Positions 1 to 11,793 are shown, counted from the stretch's first letter. The stretch is 64,000 nt of DNA from Paraspadella gotoi (GCA_051294375.1 CM119265.1:15290963-15354962); one strand, 5' to 3'. The notes: a model not told the origin generated them from the sequence alone. Numbers and translations: made by a program.

Positions 1-289
1 ACTCTTTCCAAAGTTCGCTTCCCTCGCAGTGATGTAACAAAAGAAACTTATCTTAATTATAATTGTTTTTTAGGCGAATAATTTCGTTATTCATAAAATG
101 TACAAAGAATTGTACGACCTCGTTGATATTCACTCAAATCTTATTTATTTTATTGTGCGATATCGCTTTTTTTTTTGTTATTACAATACGAATGAATGTA
201 TGTTTTATCTTTGATAACTGGGGGTTCCGATCGAAACCCAAGTTTCGTAACTCGAATCTTCTCTCTTCAATCACCCGATGTAAACGGAG

Positions 290-375
290 TGAGCACGTGA
301 TCTCCGAAACGTGATCACGTGAAGATAGAATTGGAAAACGTGACTCTTTTTTTCATAACAGATCGAGTATAAAAG
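290..375 (+). promoter_or_regulatory. Putative promoter of the lipocalin gene: cluster of four ACGTG cores plus TATA box
   Basis: CACGTG at 294-299 and 316-321 (TCACGTGA), ACGTG at 309-313 and 338-342, and TATAAAAG at 368-375, about 130 bp upstream of the ATG at 500. Confidence 0.55.
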
Positions 376-499
376 AGAAGATCTGCCCTTTATTTTTCTT
401 CCGTTTTTTCCCCGATTTCTTTCTCCTTTAAATTTTCTCTTCAACGTAATTTTTTTTCAGCTTCTTTTTTTTTTTTTTGTTTTAAACTATACAAGAAAA

Positions 500-1742
500 A
501 TGAAATTTCTTTTGGGGATTCTCCTCGTTTTTTTGGCGGCGATTCGACTGACGCTCAAAAATTCAAAGGATCTTCTCGGACGTGTCCCAAAGTAAGTTCG
601 AATGCTTCGCTTCCGTAGCTTTCAACGATATTAACATTACTCGTTTTCAGTGCTAAAGAATCTCTAATAAAAATATCCGCTAAAATGAAATAACCTGTCG
701 CTGCGCGTGAGGTACTTAAACAATTATTATATATATATATATATATATATACTTTTAGGTAATACGAAGGAGAATTTTAATGTTACCAAAAGTAACTTGG
801 GACGCTGGTACGAAATTAGAAAAGTATCCCAACTCGTTTGAAAAGGGCATGAGTTGTTAACCAAAGTCGATGTACGAGCTCAACAAGGACGGTTCTGGTT
901 ACATTCAACGTTAACCAATTTCGGAGTAAGTGGATTCAAATCAATTTTGGTTGTAAGATGTACATTATATTTATAAAATTAAATTTCGCTCCTTTGTTTT
1001 TTCTCTCGCAAGTTGATGACCGATGACCAGAAGTCCATACCGAGGCCATCGGTGAAAGCCAGGCAAAGTCCATCTTCAACGGTTGCCTTCACGACTTGAA
1101 GTAAGTCGAAACACAGACGGAAAGAGTGGCTTACTGAGCTTAACGGTGGATGCTTTTGCTCCACCTGTCACTTTTCTTCAGGTTCGATTTTCGAAATGGC
1201 AGCCGTGGGTCAATACCTCGTTCTGGATACCGACTACGAATTCCTACACGGGTAGCCAAATTAATTGAGACTGTAACAGACTTTTTGTTCAATTTGTAAA
1301 ATTATCAATTCTTTTCGATTGGTAACAAACTTAATGAACTCGGTGACATTTTATGGCAGCCTGAGAGCCTGGCTCTCTTAAAGTCCTATAACGAAGTAAG
1401 AGAATTTTTTTAACGATTTATACAGAAATATTACGTTTTTGTTTATGGGTATCATATTTCAAAATTTTTTTCATATTTCAGTGGTCTACTCTTGCACTAA
1501 CTTGTATGTAGCCCGAGTGGAATTTCTTTGGATCATGTCGCGTCAAAGGTGAGTGCCTTTTCATTGGACAAACGTTAAGTTAAGCTTAATGCCTTTTTAA
1601 TATGTAGCTTAATGTTTTCTCTCTCAGAACTTTGGACCCAGAGACTCACGAGAAACTATACAACCTCTTGGAGGACTACGGAATCGACACTACCAACTTG
1701 GAGGCCGCTAACCAAAACGCTACCTTCTGCGCCAAATCGTGA
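500..1742 (+). CDS. ApoD: Apolipoprotein D-like lipocalin, multi-exon; indels in the 5' exons are probably read errors
   Basis: Manual translation gives a signal peptide MKFLLGILLVFLAA (500), ENFNVTK-LGRWYEIRK-PNSFEKG (lipocalin GxW motif, about 770-850), VRFSKWQP..YLVLDTDYE (TDY motif, about 1181-1240), VYSCTNLYVARVEFLWIMSRQ (1481-1548) and RTLDPETHEKLYNLLEDYGIDTTNLEAANQNATFC (1628-1730). Short GT-AG introns separate these blocks. The stop is uncertain; the first in-frame TGA is 1740-1742. Confidence 0.88.
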
Positions 1743-2329
1743 AAACTCCAAGGCGCGACGTGCACGGAGCCATTGGGCTCTGGCCACCTGGCGGTTGACA
1801 ACGACCATTGTCCAGGCGTTGCGTGATAGACGTCGTCTCAACAAACTTGAGAATAATTATATTTATCTTACTACGAAAACACGCGTATTAATGACTTCTT
1901 AGTGTTTAAAAATGTAATCATTTCATATTAAAACGTGATCAGTGTTAGCGATGTGGTTTTTATTACCTCGAATTTTGCGAAATGATTTTCATTTTCCTCA
2001 CTCCTTGCGGTTTCCNNNNNNNNNNNNNNNNNNNNNNNNNNNNNNNNNNNNNNNNNNNNNNNNNNNNNNNNNNNNNNNNNNNNNNNNNNNNNNNNNNNNN
2101 NNNNNNNNNNNNNNNNNNNNNNNNNNNNNNNNNNNNNNNNNNNNNNNNNNNNNNNNNNNNNNNNNNNNNNNNNNNNNNNACGACGACGACGACGTCGTGG
2201 CAAACGACCGGAGACGCCAAAAATTTTACGAGTTCCCCCATAATCGTTGAATTCACGAGATCCTCCGCGATCAGGACTNNNNNNNNNNNNNNNNNNNNNN
2301 NNNNNNNNNNNNNNNNNNNNGAAATTTTA

Positions 2330-3290
2330 TTTAAAAAGAAATTAAAAGGAAGGTTGAGAAAAAAACTGATTTTTCCTAATATCTTTTGAAGGAATAAAGA
2401 TAAAGGGATGGTAATAGTACCAAAATGAAGCCATAATCATAGGGCACATACAAGACACAATTTTAGAATTACTTATGCTGAAACCTCCTTACAGGGTGAG
2501 TGTCAAACTAAGTCAAAATTATAATGAATTTTAAAACTAATGACACCCCATAAGAATAAATGAAAATTTAATTCTTTTTAATGATTTTGAAAGAAAAAAG
2601 GCTAAATTATACTCTAGTAAAACTTTAAAGTTTTTTGGATAAAGAAAATGTTAATTTTTTTGTCACTTAAATATTTGCTTGTCTAATTTTACAAGCATGC
2701 TTACAAAATTCTACAAAATATTATTCACCCCATCACAGCCTAAGTATTTATCTTTCTTTTCCACCAGCAAAAAGTAAACATTATTTTATGCTAGAGAACA
2801 GGGATGTTTACTGAAATAAGCCGGAAGACATTCAACTTCTCATTTTACTGTCATTTTTCAATAATAAAATAGGCGAATTTTTTAATTATTTAACTCTCAC
2901 AGGCTTCACAAGACATTATACTTTCATAATATCCCAATGTTAATGTAATTTATTATATTTTTTACCCAGAAATCATAAAATAACAGAAAGTTGTGGATTC
3001 CCTTCGCTCGTTTAAGAAAAAAAAATTAACTAGCGGAATTATAAGTTTGTAAGAGGAAGTCAGAATCGGCGAAAATCTTAAAAGGCGAGAATGTTGAAAA
3101 AAGGGGTGGAATTTTGATGGGTTTCCTAAGATTTCTCCACAATGTGAGGTCCGATTAAAGCGAAACTTGAGATTTACAATATTCCCGTCATTCCACATCT
3201 ATCGATATAAAAATATAAGAAAAAAGTCACTGGCTTCTTTTCTATAGCGGCTTCCTAGTTATAGTAGTAAAATGTCATCGCGCGTTTACA
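2330..3290 (-). other. Possible frameshifted fragment of a membrane protein gene (XK-like paralog?)
   Basis: The minus strand reads MIMASFWYYYHPFIFIP (WYYYHP at 2405-2422), similar to the XK C-terminal YY..HP motif, with hydrophobic frame-broken segments upstream. The sequence is noisy. Confidence 0.22.
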
Positions 3291-5174
3291 AAATTCATGA
3301 AGTGAAAATAAATTAAATAAAAGATTTTTTTTAAATAGTCGAATAATTTAACTATATTTTTTATATGTAGTACAATAATGCGGACCTAAATAAGGTTTTT
3401 TTTTTTCTCCTATTGGTTAATCCTAAAAAAATTAGACCAAGTGATTTTTTTGTTAAGGGTTCTTTTTTTAATTAAATACTGAGTTTAAAAAGGAATCATC
3501 CTTTGCCGACTCTCGCCTCCAAAGCCCCGTCGACCCCGGATTGCGTTCGCCTTCGGCTCCTGTCCTTTGACTTCTTTCAATTTGCCTTCGTCGTTCGCGA
3601 TTCCATTTACATGGCTTCCTTTTTCTCTCCTTTTTTTTTCTTTCCTTTCCCTTTTTTGTTTGCCTCTTGTTTACGTGTTTACTAAACGCTTTGTTTTCAT
3701 TTTTTCGTCGTTTCTTTCTTGTTTTCGGTGTGTTTGCACCTTTTAGTCGTTTCTTTTAATACTACATTGTTCGCCCTCATTTGGACTGTGATTCTTTTAA
3801 TTTTTGATCTTCTTTTGTTCTCCTTTCCACTTTTTTATATTATATTAATCTCTTCAATCTTACCTTGCTCTCTTTCACTAGATTATTTTCTTTTCTCTCC
3901 TCGTTTCTCCTTTCTTCTTTCTCCTCTTTTTATTCTCCATCTTTCTCACCTTTCCTCCCTCATTTTCCTTTTCATTTCTCCTCCTTTTTCTCATCTTTCC
4001 TCCCCGCTCCTTCCTCTTTCCTCCAATATTCTCCGCTTCCGCTCAATGGCCCACTTTAATTCAGTTTAAGACGCCGACTGTCAGATCGAAAAGAGCGGCT
4101 CTTCTTCATGGTCGCGTCCTGCCACGTCGTTGCAACGCTAAGCCCCCGACTTTGCCACGTCGTCACCGCCGTTCCTGACTGTCATCGTCTTTTTAAAACG
4201 AGTTTTTTTTTTCGTCGAACCGCCGGGATTCCTTTGGCCATCAGAAAGTCTTCGTGTTTGTACCATGCTTGGGAACATGCTCTCATTTTCTCCGAGAAAA
4301 TATCGTTGCTCTTTTTTCAACGAGAGATGTAGAGTTGTACATTCGTTAAATGACGAACGAGGCTTTCACACTTTTTCTCGTGACAGACGTCAATTTTCTA
4401 TAATTTCATTAACAAATGGGTGTAGCCTTTGATATATTCGCCGTCAATTTATTTGTCTGAAAAAAAAGGATTGTGACAGTTTCCGTCGGTTGACTGGAAG
4501 AGGAGAAAATTAAAAAGGTTGCACACAACGCCATCTGGCGTTTTGCCAGCGAATGGCAAAATCACCGAGGACGGAAGGAATGAGTGATCAAAGTGATTAA
4601 AGTCACCAGTTACCACTTTTTTCTGTTCTTTTTTTTTACTTTTTTTACAATTTATTGAAAGGCAAATTACGGCATGTGTAATTTTCAAATCTATCTTCCG
4701 GCATATCAAAGTCGAATCATATAAAATTTGCATACAAAAATAGCTTTGGTTTTTACTCTTAATTTCATATTTAACATTTAAAAATTCTTCATGGGTTTGC
4801 AAATGGCAGTTTATTTACCGGCGCTTGTAAAATTGTCACCATGTACTTATAGTCTTTGACAGTTATATACTTATACATACGTATATCACATATATCTTCG
4901 AATCGTTTTCATCGAAATCTAGTGAGAAGCAACTCGGGGGGGGGGAAGTCAGTGACTTACCCAGGAGTGATTGATGAGGGATTATTGCGGATTGACCGAC
5001 GAGAAATCTGGCGAAAAAGGAAAGGGAATTACATCCGCTGATTGAACAGGAAACGCCGCGCCACCGCGCCACCGCGCCGGCTTTTTTTTTCCCCCTTTTT
5101 TTCCCGCCATTCCTCATCCACCTTCTCTATCTTTCCTTTTCATTTCGTATATTTCGCATCAAGTGAGAGCACTT

Positions 5175-5226
<52 letters not shown>

Positions 5227-5329
5227 GTTTTGTTATTCTCCTTGGCAGCGACGCAGACAGTTTGGCCTGCGAAGTTATCGTACAGTTGGAGCAAATGATC
5301 GAAAAAACGAAGAAAAAACAAGTTTGACC

Positions 5330-5818
5330 AAACAATGCCGGATCTGCCCACGATCATTAGCGGTAAGCATCTGATCGTGTCAAAATCGTTTTCCACTTTG
5401 TCTCGCCTCTCAATCACAAAACAACAATCTCAATCACAAAATTATTTAATTAATTAAATTAATTACAAATAATTATTAATTAATTAATAAAAAAGCATAA
5501 TCAAATAGTGGAATATTTTGTTTGTTTTTTCCCTTTTAACTCATTTCCACTTGGACGATTCCATCGAAACTTGATTTCCAGCTCAATCACACACTTTCCT
5601 ACGCACACACAAAGTTTCATTTCAATCCATCCATCAAAGTGTTTTTTGCTAAGGTGGGATGGACGGATGGACGGACATCATTTTCTTTGTATAATTTATC
5701 ATAATTTTATGTTTTGACATGATATAAGTGAATGCCCGACAAAATTGTGCGGGCGGACCGACGGACCGACAAAGTGAATTATAGAGCCGGAATCTGCGGT
5801 AAGCAGATCTGGCTAAAA
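5330..5818 (-). mobile_element. DINE-1/HINE-like non-autonomous Helentron-type element
   Basis: Subterminal inverted repeats GCCGGATCTGC (5337-5347) and GCAGATCTGGC (5803-5813), a nearby partial inverted repeat (5786-5797) forming a terminal stem-loop, a GTCC/GGTC microsatellite (5750-5770) and T-run ends. The central segment recurs at 12296-12600. Confidence 0.65.
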
Positions 5819-6351
5819 AGAAATAACAAAGAAAAAGAGAGAGATTTTTTATTTTTCGTGACACAAACAATAAAAGTAAAAATATTTAAAAAAGATAAAA
5901 GGCATTATAAATCGACAATTTATTTATGATTTAATTGAACTATTTTTCGAATGCGCCCAATTACTGATCTTAATTTTACTTGAATACTATTCGGATTAAA
6001 GCTGAAATGTTGCGCTTTTGGAAAATAGGGCCAAATTTGCTGGTTTTTTAAATACCACTGAATTTTTTTTATTTTTAAACTTTTTTTTTTTTTAGTAAAA
6101 AAAGGATTTAAAAATTGGCGCAAAAATTGGTTACAAAATTGGCAGAACCACTTGTTGAGTGTATTAAATATTAAATATTAAATAAAAGTCAGGGGCAAGA
6201 TGGCTTATTTATTAAATGAATGGATAATTTTTATATTGGTTGTACCAATTTCATAAACAGTTAGGTCAAGAAATGAAATCATAACCAATCGTAACCACAT
6301 TGAGTAAAGTTGATCTAATATTCTAATTAAATTTTCAAAGCTGATTCATTT

Positions 6352-8317
6352 TCAGTTTTGATAGTTTATAATTATTGTCAACACTGGCAGAAACAAAAAT
6401 ATCATAAAATGAAAGTTTGGAGTAATCAACTTACTCAAGTTTATATTTGTTATGAATTGCTTAAAAATAATTAAAGGGTTTTGTATTAACTCAGAGTTTT
6501 TAATTTTTGATGTGGGATGAGATTTCAAAAACTTATGAATCACTAATAAATTGTTTAATGGGACAGCGAGATCAAACACAGGAGAACGAAATTCAAAATT
6601 TTCTCTTTTAGAAATCTTTAAAGCTTGCTTGTTTAATTCGGGAAAGTTTTTATCAGATTTAGGGAAAATTGTTTCAAAAAAGTTAAACAAAGACCTTGAA
6701 ATCAGAAATATATAGGATAAAATGTAAAGGGCCAAACCAATAAGGACAATGAATAGTTTTATAAACTTCATGTACCGTCTAAAACCTAATAACACTATTA
6801 TTTTAAAAGTTAAACTACAGAAAATTATTAATATTAAACTAAAAAAGAAAACACAGTTTTCGTTAATAAAAATGTACGTCAAAACAATGTTATCTATTTT
6901 TGAAGATATTGATGTGTCTAGTTCATTAAAGGATATATTACAGAACTTTAAATATTGAGTCTCTGTTTGACCTAAAAACCTCTTTGTCCAGCCAATAAAA
7001 CTACTAAGATAAACAATTCCAAATAAGAAGATAGATATTGTTAAAAGGATGACAACAATTTTTTGAAATAGATCGGTTTTCTTTGTTAAGAATCGGTGGA
7101 GAGGATATAAGATAAACCCAATAAAATATATAAAAAATGCATTCATTATTAAACTCCCATATTTATATTCCTGCAACTGAGTAGTCAAAAGTTTTTCTTC
7201 GATAATTTTAGAAATATCGCCGGACAAAACAAAATCACGTTCTCCTTTATAAACAAAGTAATATGCCTTCCCTATTAATTTACCCCTAACATCTAATAGA
7301 TTAATATGTCGAATTGAAAAATAAAAATTAAGATAAATAATAACAACAAATGATATCAAAGAGCTTAAAGCGTGAATTGATTTTAAAAAACAACCTTTTA
7401 AATAAAAAAAAATCCAGCTGTAAGCAGTAGTTATCAAAATTTCGGTAAGTAGAAGACACAGTTTTAATCTGTAATCTATGTTTAATAAAATATAGTTACC
7501 TAGTTGTAATACATGTGCATTAATATCCATACATTGTTCATTATAACGAAATTTGTAATCAAAAAACTGTACCCTTTTCCACTTTTCATTCATTAGACCT
7601 GTGTTACTGAAACAAGTAATTTTCTCAAAATGAGGAACGATAAGCGACGATTTGTGAAAAAATACAATCTGACCCGCCATTTTATTTTCAAGCTTTTTTA
7701 ATCCCCAATTTACTTCAAAATATAAAGATATTATGGTGTGTTGCTCAATCATGGAAAAAAAAGAAAACAAAAATATAGTTAAACTTTGAGACATAATTAT
7801 CTCTAAAATAATTTTGTTTAAACTTGATGATAATGATAATGATGAAGAGGTTTGAAAATAATTTTTAGAAGTGAGTAACCCAAAAATTTTTTTTATTTCT
7901 GAGAGAGTAAAAATTCTAAAGAGCATAAAAGGAAAGAAAAATACAAAAGTATAAGAGAAATTGACGGTTTTTTCAAGGACTAAATATAAAACGAGAGATG
8001 TACCAATTGTTCCTTGAATAATTCCTAAAATTTCGCTTAATTTAATAAAGACGAATGAAGAAAATCTGTTTGAAATTTTGTTAAAGTCTCGGTTTTCTAT
8101 CGCGAATTTTGAAAGACTTATCGTCGATATAAAAATTGAAAAAATTGTCAAAAAATCTTCAATTTTCCAACCACATATATTCATCTTTTTGGTTTGACTT
8201 CCGAATTCATGACAGAAACAAGGTTCGTTAGTGTTAGATAATGTATTATTTGGATGCAACTCATAGACTTTGCCAGTTTTTCTTTGAATAAAGATCGATT
8301 GACTAAGTGTTATATGA
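6352..8317 (-). CDS. Large terminal exon of the XK-related gene (635-aa ORF, about 11-12 hydrophobic segments)
   Basis: A 1.9-kb uninterrupted frame in very AT-rich DNA, with acceptor tttttaaag at 8318-8326 and many 20-aa hydrophobic stretches. Confidence 0.8.
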
Positions 8318-10942
8318 CTTTAAAAATCCTTTTAAAAAATTAAATGTAAATCTTGTTTTTTATAGAACATAAATGTATAAATTTCAATATTTTAGATAAA
8401 GTTTCTTAACAATGCTGTTCATTCTTAACTCCTAGAACTTGGATTTCAGACCAAATTATAATGTTTGGGATAATAATTTCCAAGTTGAGCTTGTTAGTTA
8501 TGAATAATAGTATAAGTGTGAGGGTTTAAGTTTGTAGTCGGGCATAAGTTCAGCCCGCCTATAAGCATGACACCTTCTGTCGTGACCCGGTGGCTCATTG
8601 AGTAAAGCCATCAGCTCATGACCACTAGGGACCGGGTTCAACCCAACCCGGTACCTACCCTGCGGGAAGCGTGAGGACGGCCGTAATCCTCCTTGGGAGC
8701 GTGGAAAACCCTCAAGCCTGGTTCCAAGCCCAGGACCCGTTCAATGGCTGCAAGAGGGGGTTAAAGAAGTTACGGAAAGTACTCTTCAGCCCCCCTTAGC
8801 ACCTTATCCATAAGTTAAGTATTGAATATATATTACATACTAGTATAACAAGTTATGAATTGGAAATATTTCAAATTTTAAACTTTTTTGACACTTCATT
8901 AAAACGACAAGTGTGACAACCCAAGTATGAAAAGTATACATAACAAATAAACTAATTGGTTTTGGAAAACGACCATTTGAGAACGATTATGTTGTCTTGA
9001 TAAATACTTAGTCAATTACCTTTAATGATTCAGCAAGGTTTTAAATGTAGCGTGAAAAAGTTAAAAAAATTAATTTTGAAAAACATTTTTAAAAAATTAA
9101 ATGCAAGGTTCAAGCAATGACAATATGCTTTTGAAGCTCCTTCATATAGGTAATTATTTCATTAATCTTTTAGTAAAGTTCCTATAAAATTGTCAACTAT
9201 CATCAATAATGCGTAGTTTTACAATATCTTTATTGAAAGTAAAACAGTTATTGTATTTATTATTTATAAGAAATTAAAATAACATTTAAATTATATTGTC
9301 CGCATAGGGTCAATCTGCTTAAAAATAAACTTGATGGTAGTTTAAACAATAGAAAATATATATTTCTTCATTTATATCTAGTAAAAACTTTAAAAAACAT
9401 CTTTTAGATAAGTTTTTTTACTTCATTTTTTCACTCTACACAAAAAACCTTTCCTCTGTTACAAGGAAAACAATGAAAACTTACTTTATAAAATCGCTAT
9501 AATTTTTTATTTGAATTTACATAATTTAAAACTATTTTTTTTAAAACTCCTTTCTGATAATCTATCTTGGACAAAAAAATTATTTTAACAAATTCCCTAA
9601 AATAACTTTATAATATTTGAATATAATAATATTCGTAAAAAAATGTTTGAACTAAAATAGTTATATAGTTAATATAGTTACAATGAATTTTTACTTGGTT
9701 TTAGTTTTCACTGCTCTCCTTCATCAATAATATCCCAAAGAGAACGTTTTTTCTTAAACAATGAATTCACAAGACATATTTTATCGGTATCACTCGTCCA
9801 AGAAAACATTGTAGCCAAAGTCTGTATCACAATCTGCGGAAATGATTCTAGTATGATGTGAATAACATTTAACTTTTCCAAAAAATGTCGTTTTAAGGAA
9901 ATTACTCGGTAGTTGTCCTGTAAATTTACAATGATCAAGTTATTAAAGCGACTAATAATTCGGTAGTTGTTAATGACGTTTGTAATCACATTGTAGATGT
10001 AATTTTTCAAAAGCTGATTTCTTGATTTTCTCATTCAAGTTTTATTGCTTACCTTAACTTACCTAAATTATTTTATAAAACTAGTAATTTGAAACCATGC
10101 TAAGGTGGAACTTGTTAAAAAATTAGAAGTCCCTACATGTTGTTAGTTTTCAAATACGTATTAGAGATAATCAAAATATAAAAACTTCAAGGTTTATTTT
10201 GCCGATAAGAACAGAAAGATCTTTAAAAATTTAATTCTGGCCTACCTTAATTTATATAAACATATGTATGTTGTACATTTTATTTACTTATGAATTTATA
10301 ACCTGTTTGTTATTTCTCTCTTCTAAGTAAAGATCAAAAGCGAATGGAACTGAGGCCAAACCGAAAATGTGAAGCAAGACGATGACAAATCGACGAAGAT
10401 GATGACGAAGATGATGACGAAGATGATGAGCGGAGAGAAGGTGAGGGAAAATGTCCAAATTTTGACGAAGAAAAGTGAAACCGTGAAAGGATGAGACTGC
10501 AATGTGAATAATCTGCACGACCATCAGAGTGAAACCAATGATTCGAAGGTGATACGCGTTTGAGAAAAGCAAATATGTCATCACCTGACGTGTGTCATTC
10601 AACAAAAGAATTCAAGTATTATTTATTTTAATCAAATTGGTACAACAAATATAAAAACTTATACATTCATTTATGAACAAGATATTCTGCCTTCTTACTT
10701 TGGACAGGCCATGGCGAGGCCTAGATCCCTCTCGTTTATGAAATTTATTAAATTATTATTTATTAAATTTTGGGTAAAAATAACACTCTCCTAAGTATTA
10801 CAATTAATATTATATTGTACTCCCTATTAGTATCAAAACATACTTCTGTGGCCTTGTCTACCTGGACATCCGAACCAACATCGATAAAGTTAAGCAAGAC
10901 AGCAAGAATCACCGACAAAACATTAAAGTCGATCGTTCCCAT
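6352..10942 (-). CDS. XK-related (Xkr/CED-8 family) multi-pass membrane protein, about 850 aa, 4 coding exons: 10942-10862, 10584-10303, 9917-9695, 8317-6352
   Basis: Family-like motifs appear in the expected order: LLNFIDVGSDVQV, ILESFPQIVIQ, FSIFISTISLSKF, FMLFRIFTL. The first two introns are GT-AG, phase 0 and join in frame. The third junction needs one extra base just before the TGA at 9708-9710, which would fix both the stop and the intron phase. Confidence 0.7.
8533..8814 (+). mobile_element. tRNA-derived SINE-like repeat, copy 1 (intronic)
   Basis: A-box-like GTGGCTCATTGAG, a CTCATGA anticodon-loop-like motif (Met) and B-box-like GGTTCAACCC. A homologous copy lies at 33838-34085. Confidence 0.65.
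10635..10740. repeat. Partial copy of the approximately 200-bp TGAAAT...ATTTCA interspersed repeat
   Basis: aaattggtacaacaaatataaaaa...actttggacaggc matches 36151-36354. Confidence 0.6.
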
Positions 10943-11145
10943 TTCACTTTTGTAATGTCGGCGACCGTTATTCAAATTTGATATTACTAAAAATAAAATA
11001 GATAATGATTGCTTAATTATTACATTAAATAAGTTTACAGAAAAACAAAAGATATAAGTTGAAGAATTTGTTAAATTCTACAAATCTCCAATCGTCAAAG
11101 ATTCAACATCACAGAATGAGGAAGAAGAGAAGGGAATGCCGTAAT

Positions 11146-11450
11146 GGCTCCTATTTCTGAAAGAGCCCAATTTCTGTTTCTTTATATCTTTTAATTTAAT
11201 TTTAAACTTAATTCAATTTCAACCCGAATCCGTTTTCAAACTCATAACTTAATCCCAAACTCTAACCCTGAACCCTAATTCCTTAATCTCTAACCTTAAC
11301 TCAAATCAATAACCTAATTGCTAACCATAATCCTTAACTTAATCCTTCTTTTAATACTTAATATTAATATTTAACTTAATCTTTAAACCTAAAAAATTAA
11401 TATAATTCCGAAGTAAAGTTAAAATGAGGCGTTCTAGGAAAATGGGGCCG
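11146..11450. mobile_element. MITE-like element with imperfect terminal inverted repeats enclosing degenerate (TAACCC)-like repeats
   Basis: ggctcctatttctgaaagagcccaatttc (11146) resembles the reverse complement of aaaatgaggcgttctaggaaaatggggcc (11421-11449). A hexamer-periodic tract (ctaaccctgaaccctaat...) lies at 11220-11390. Confidence 0.45.
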
Positions 11451-11793
11451 GCCTTGTGACAAATGCAAAGATATTAATTACTATTACGGAGATTAAAAGC
11501 TCAAATTAGCTCGAATTATTCCGCACATGCTAAATTCCAAATTTCTTGCTAATTAGTTCTTCTAATCTCGTCCTGGAATTATTCGACTTGTGTCTGTCAA
11601 TAACGATCGAGAGAGAAAGAGAGAGAGAGAGACAAAGACAGACAGACAGACAGAGACAGAGAGAGAGATGATCGCTGATTGAAGTAACCATAAATCGAAA
11701 CTTGGAAATTCGCAATGAAAAGAGAAAATTAGAGTAGAGGAATATATATATAATTATATATATATATAATATATATTCTATATATTATATATT

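Noticed and set aside
6352-8259. 635-aa AT-rich ORF as a mitochondrial insertion or viral gene
   Set aside because: It has no respiratory-chain or viral motifs, it is open in the standard code, and it has an upstream acceptor and XK-like motifs continuing from spliced exons.
8582-8656. Functional tRNA-Met gene
   Set aside because: The anticodon and T stems do not pair properly, and it continues into a repeated body shared with 33.9 kb.
11220-11390. True telomere
   Set aside because: The tract is short, degenerate, internal and bounded by inverted repeats.
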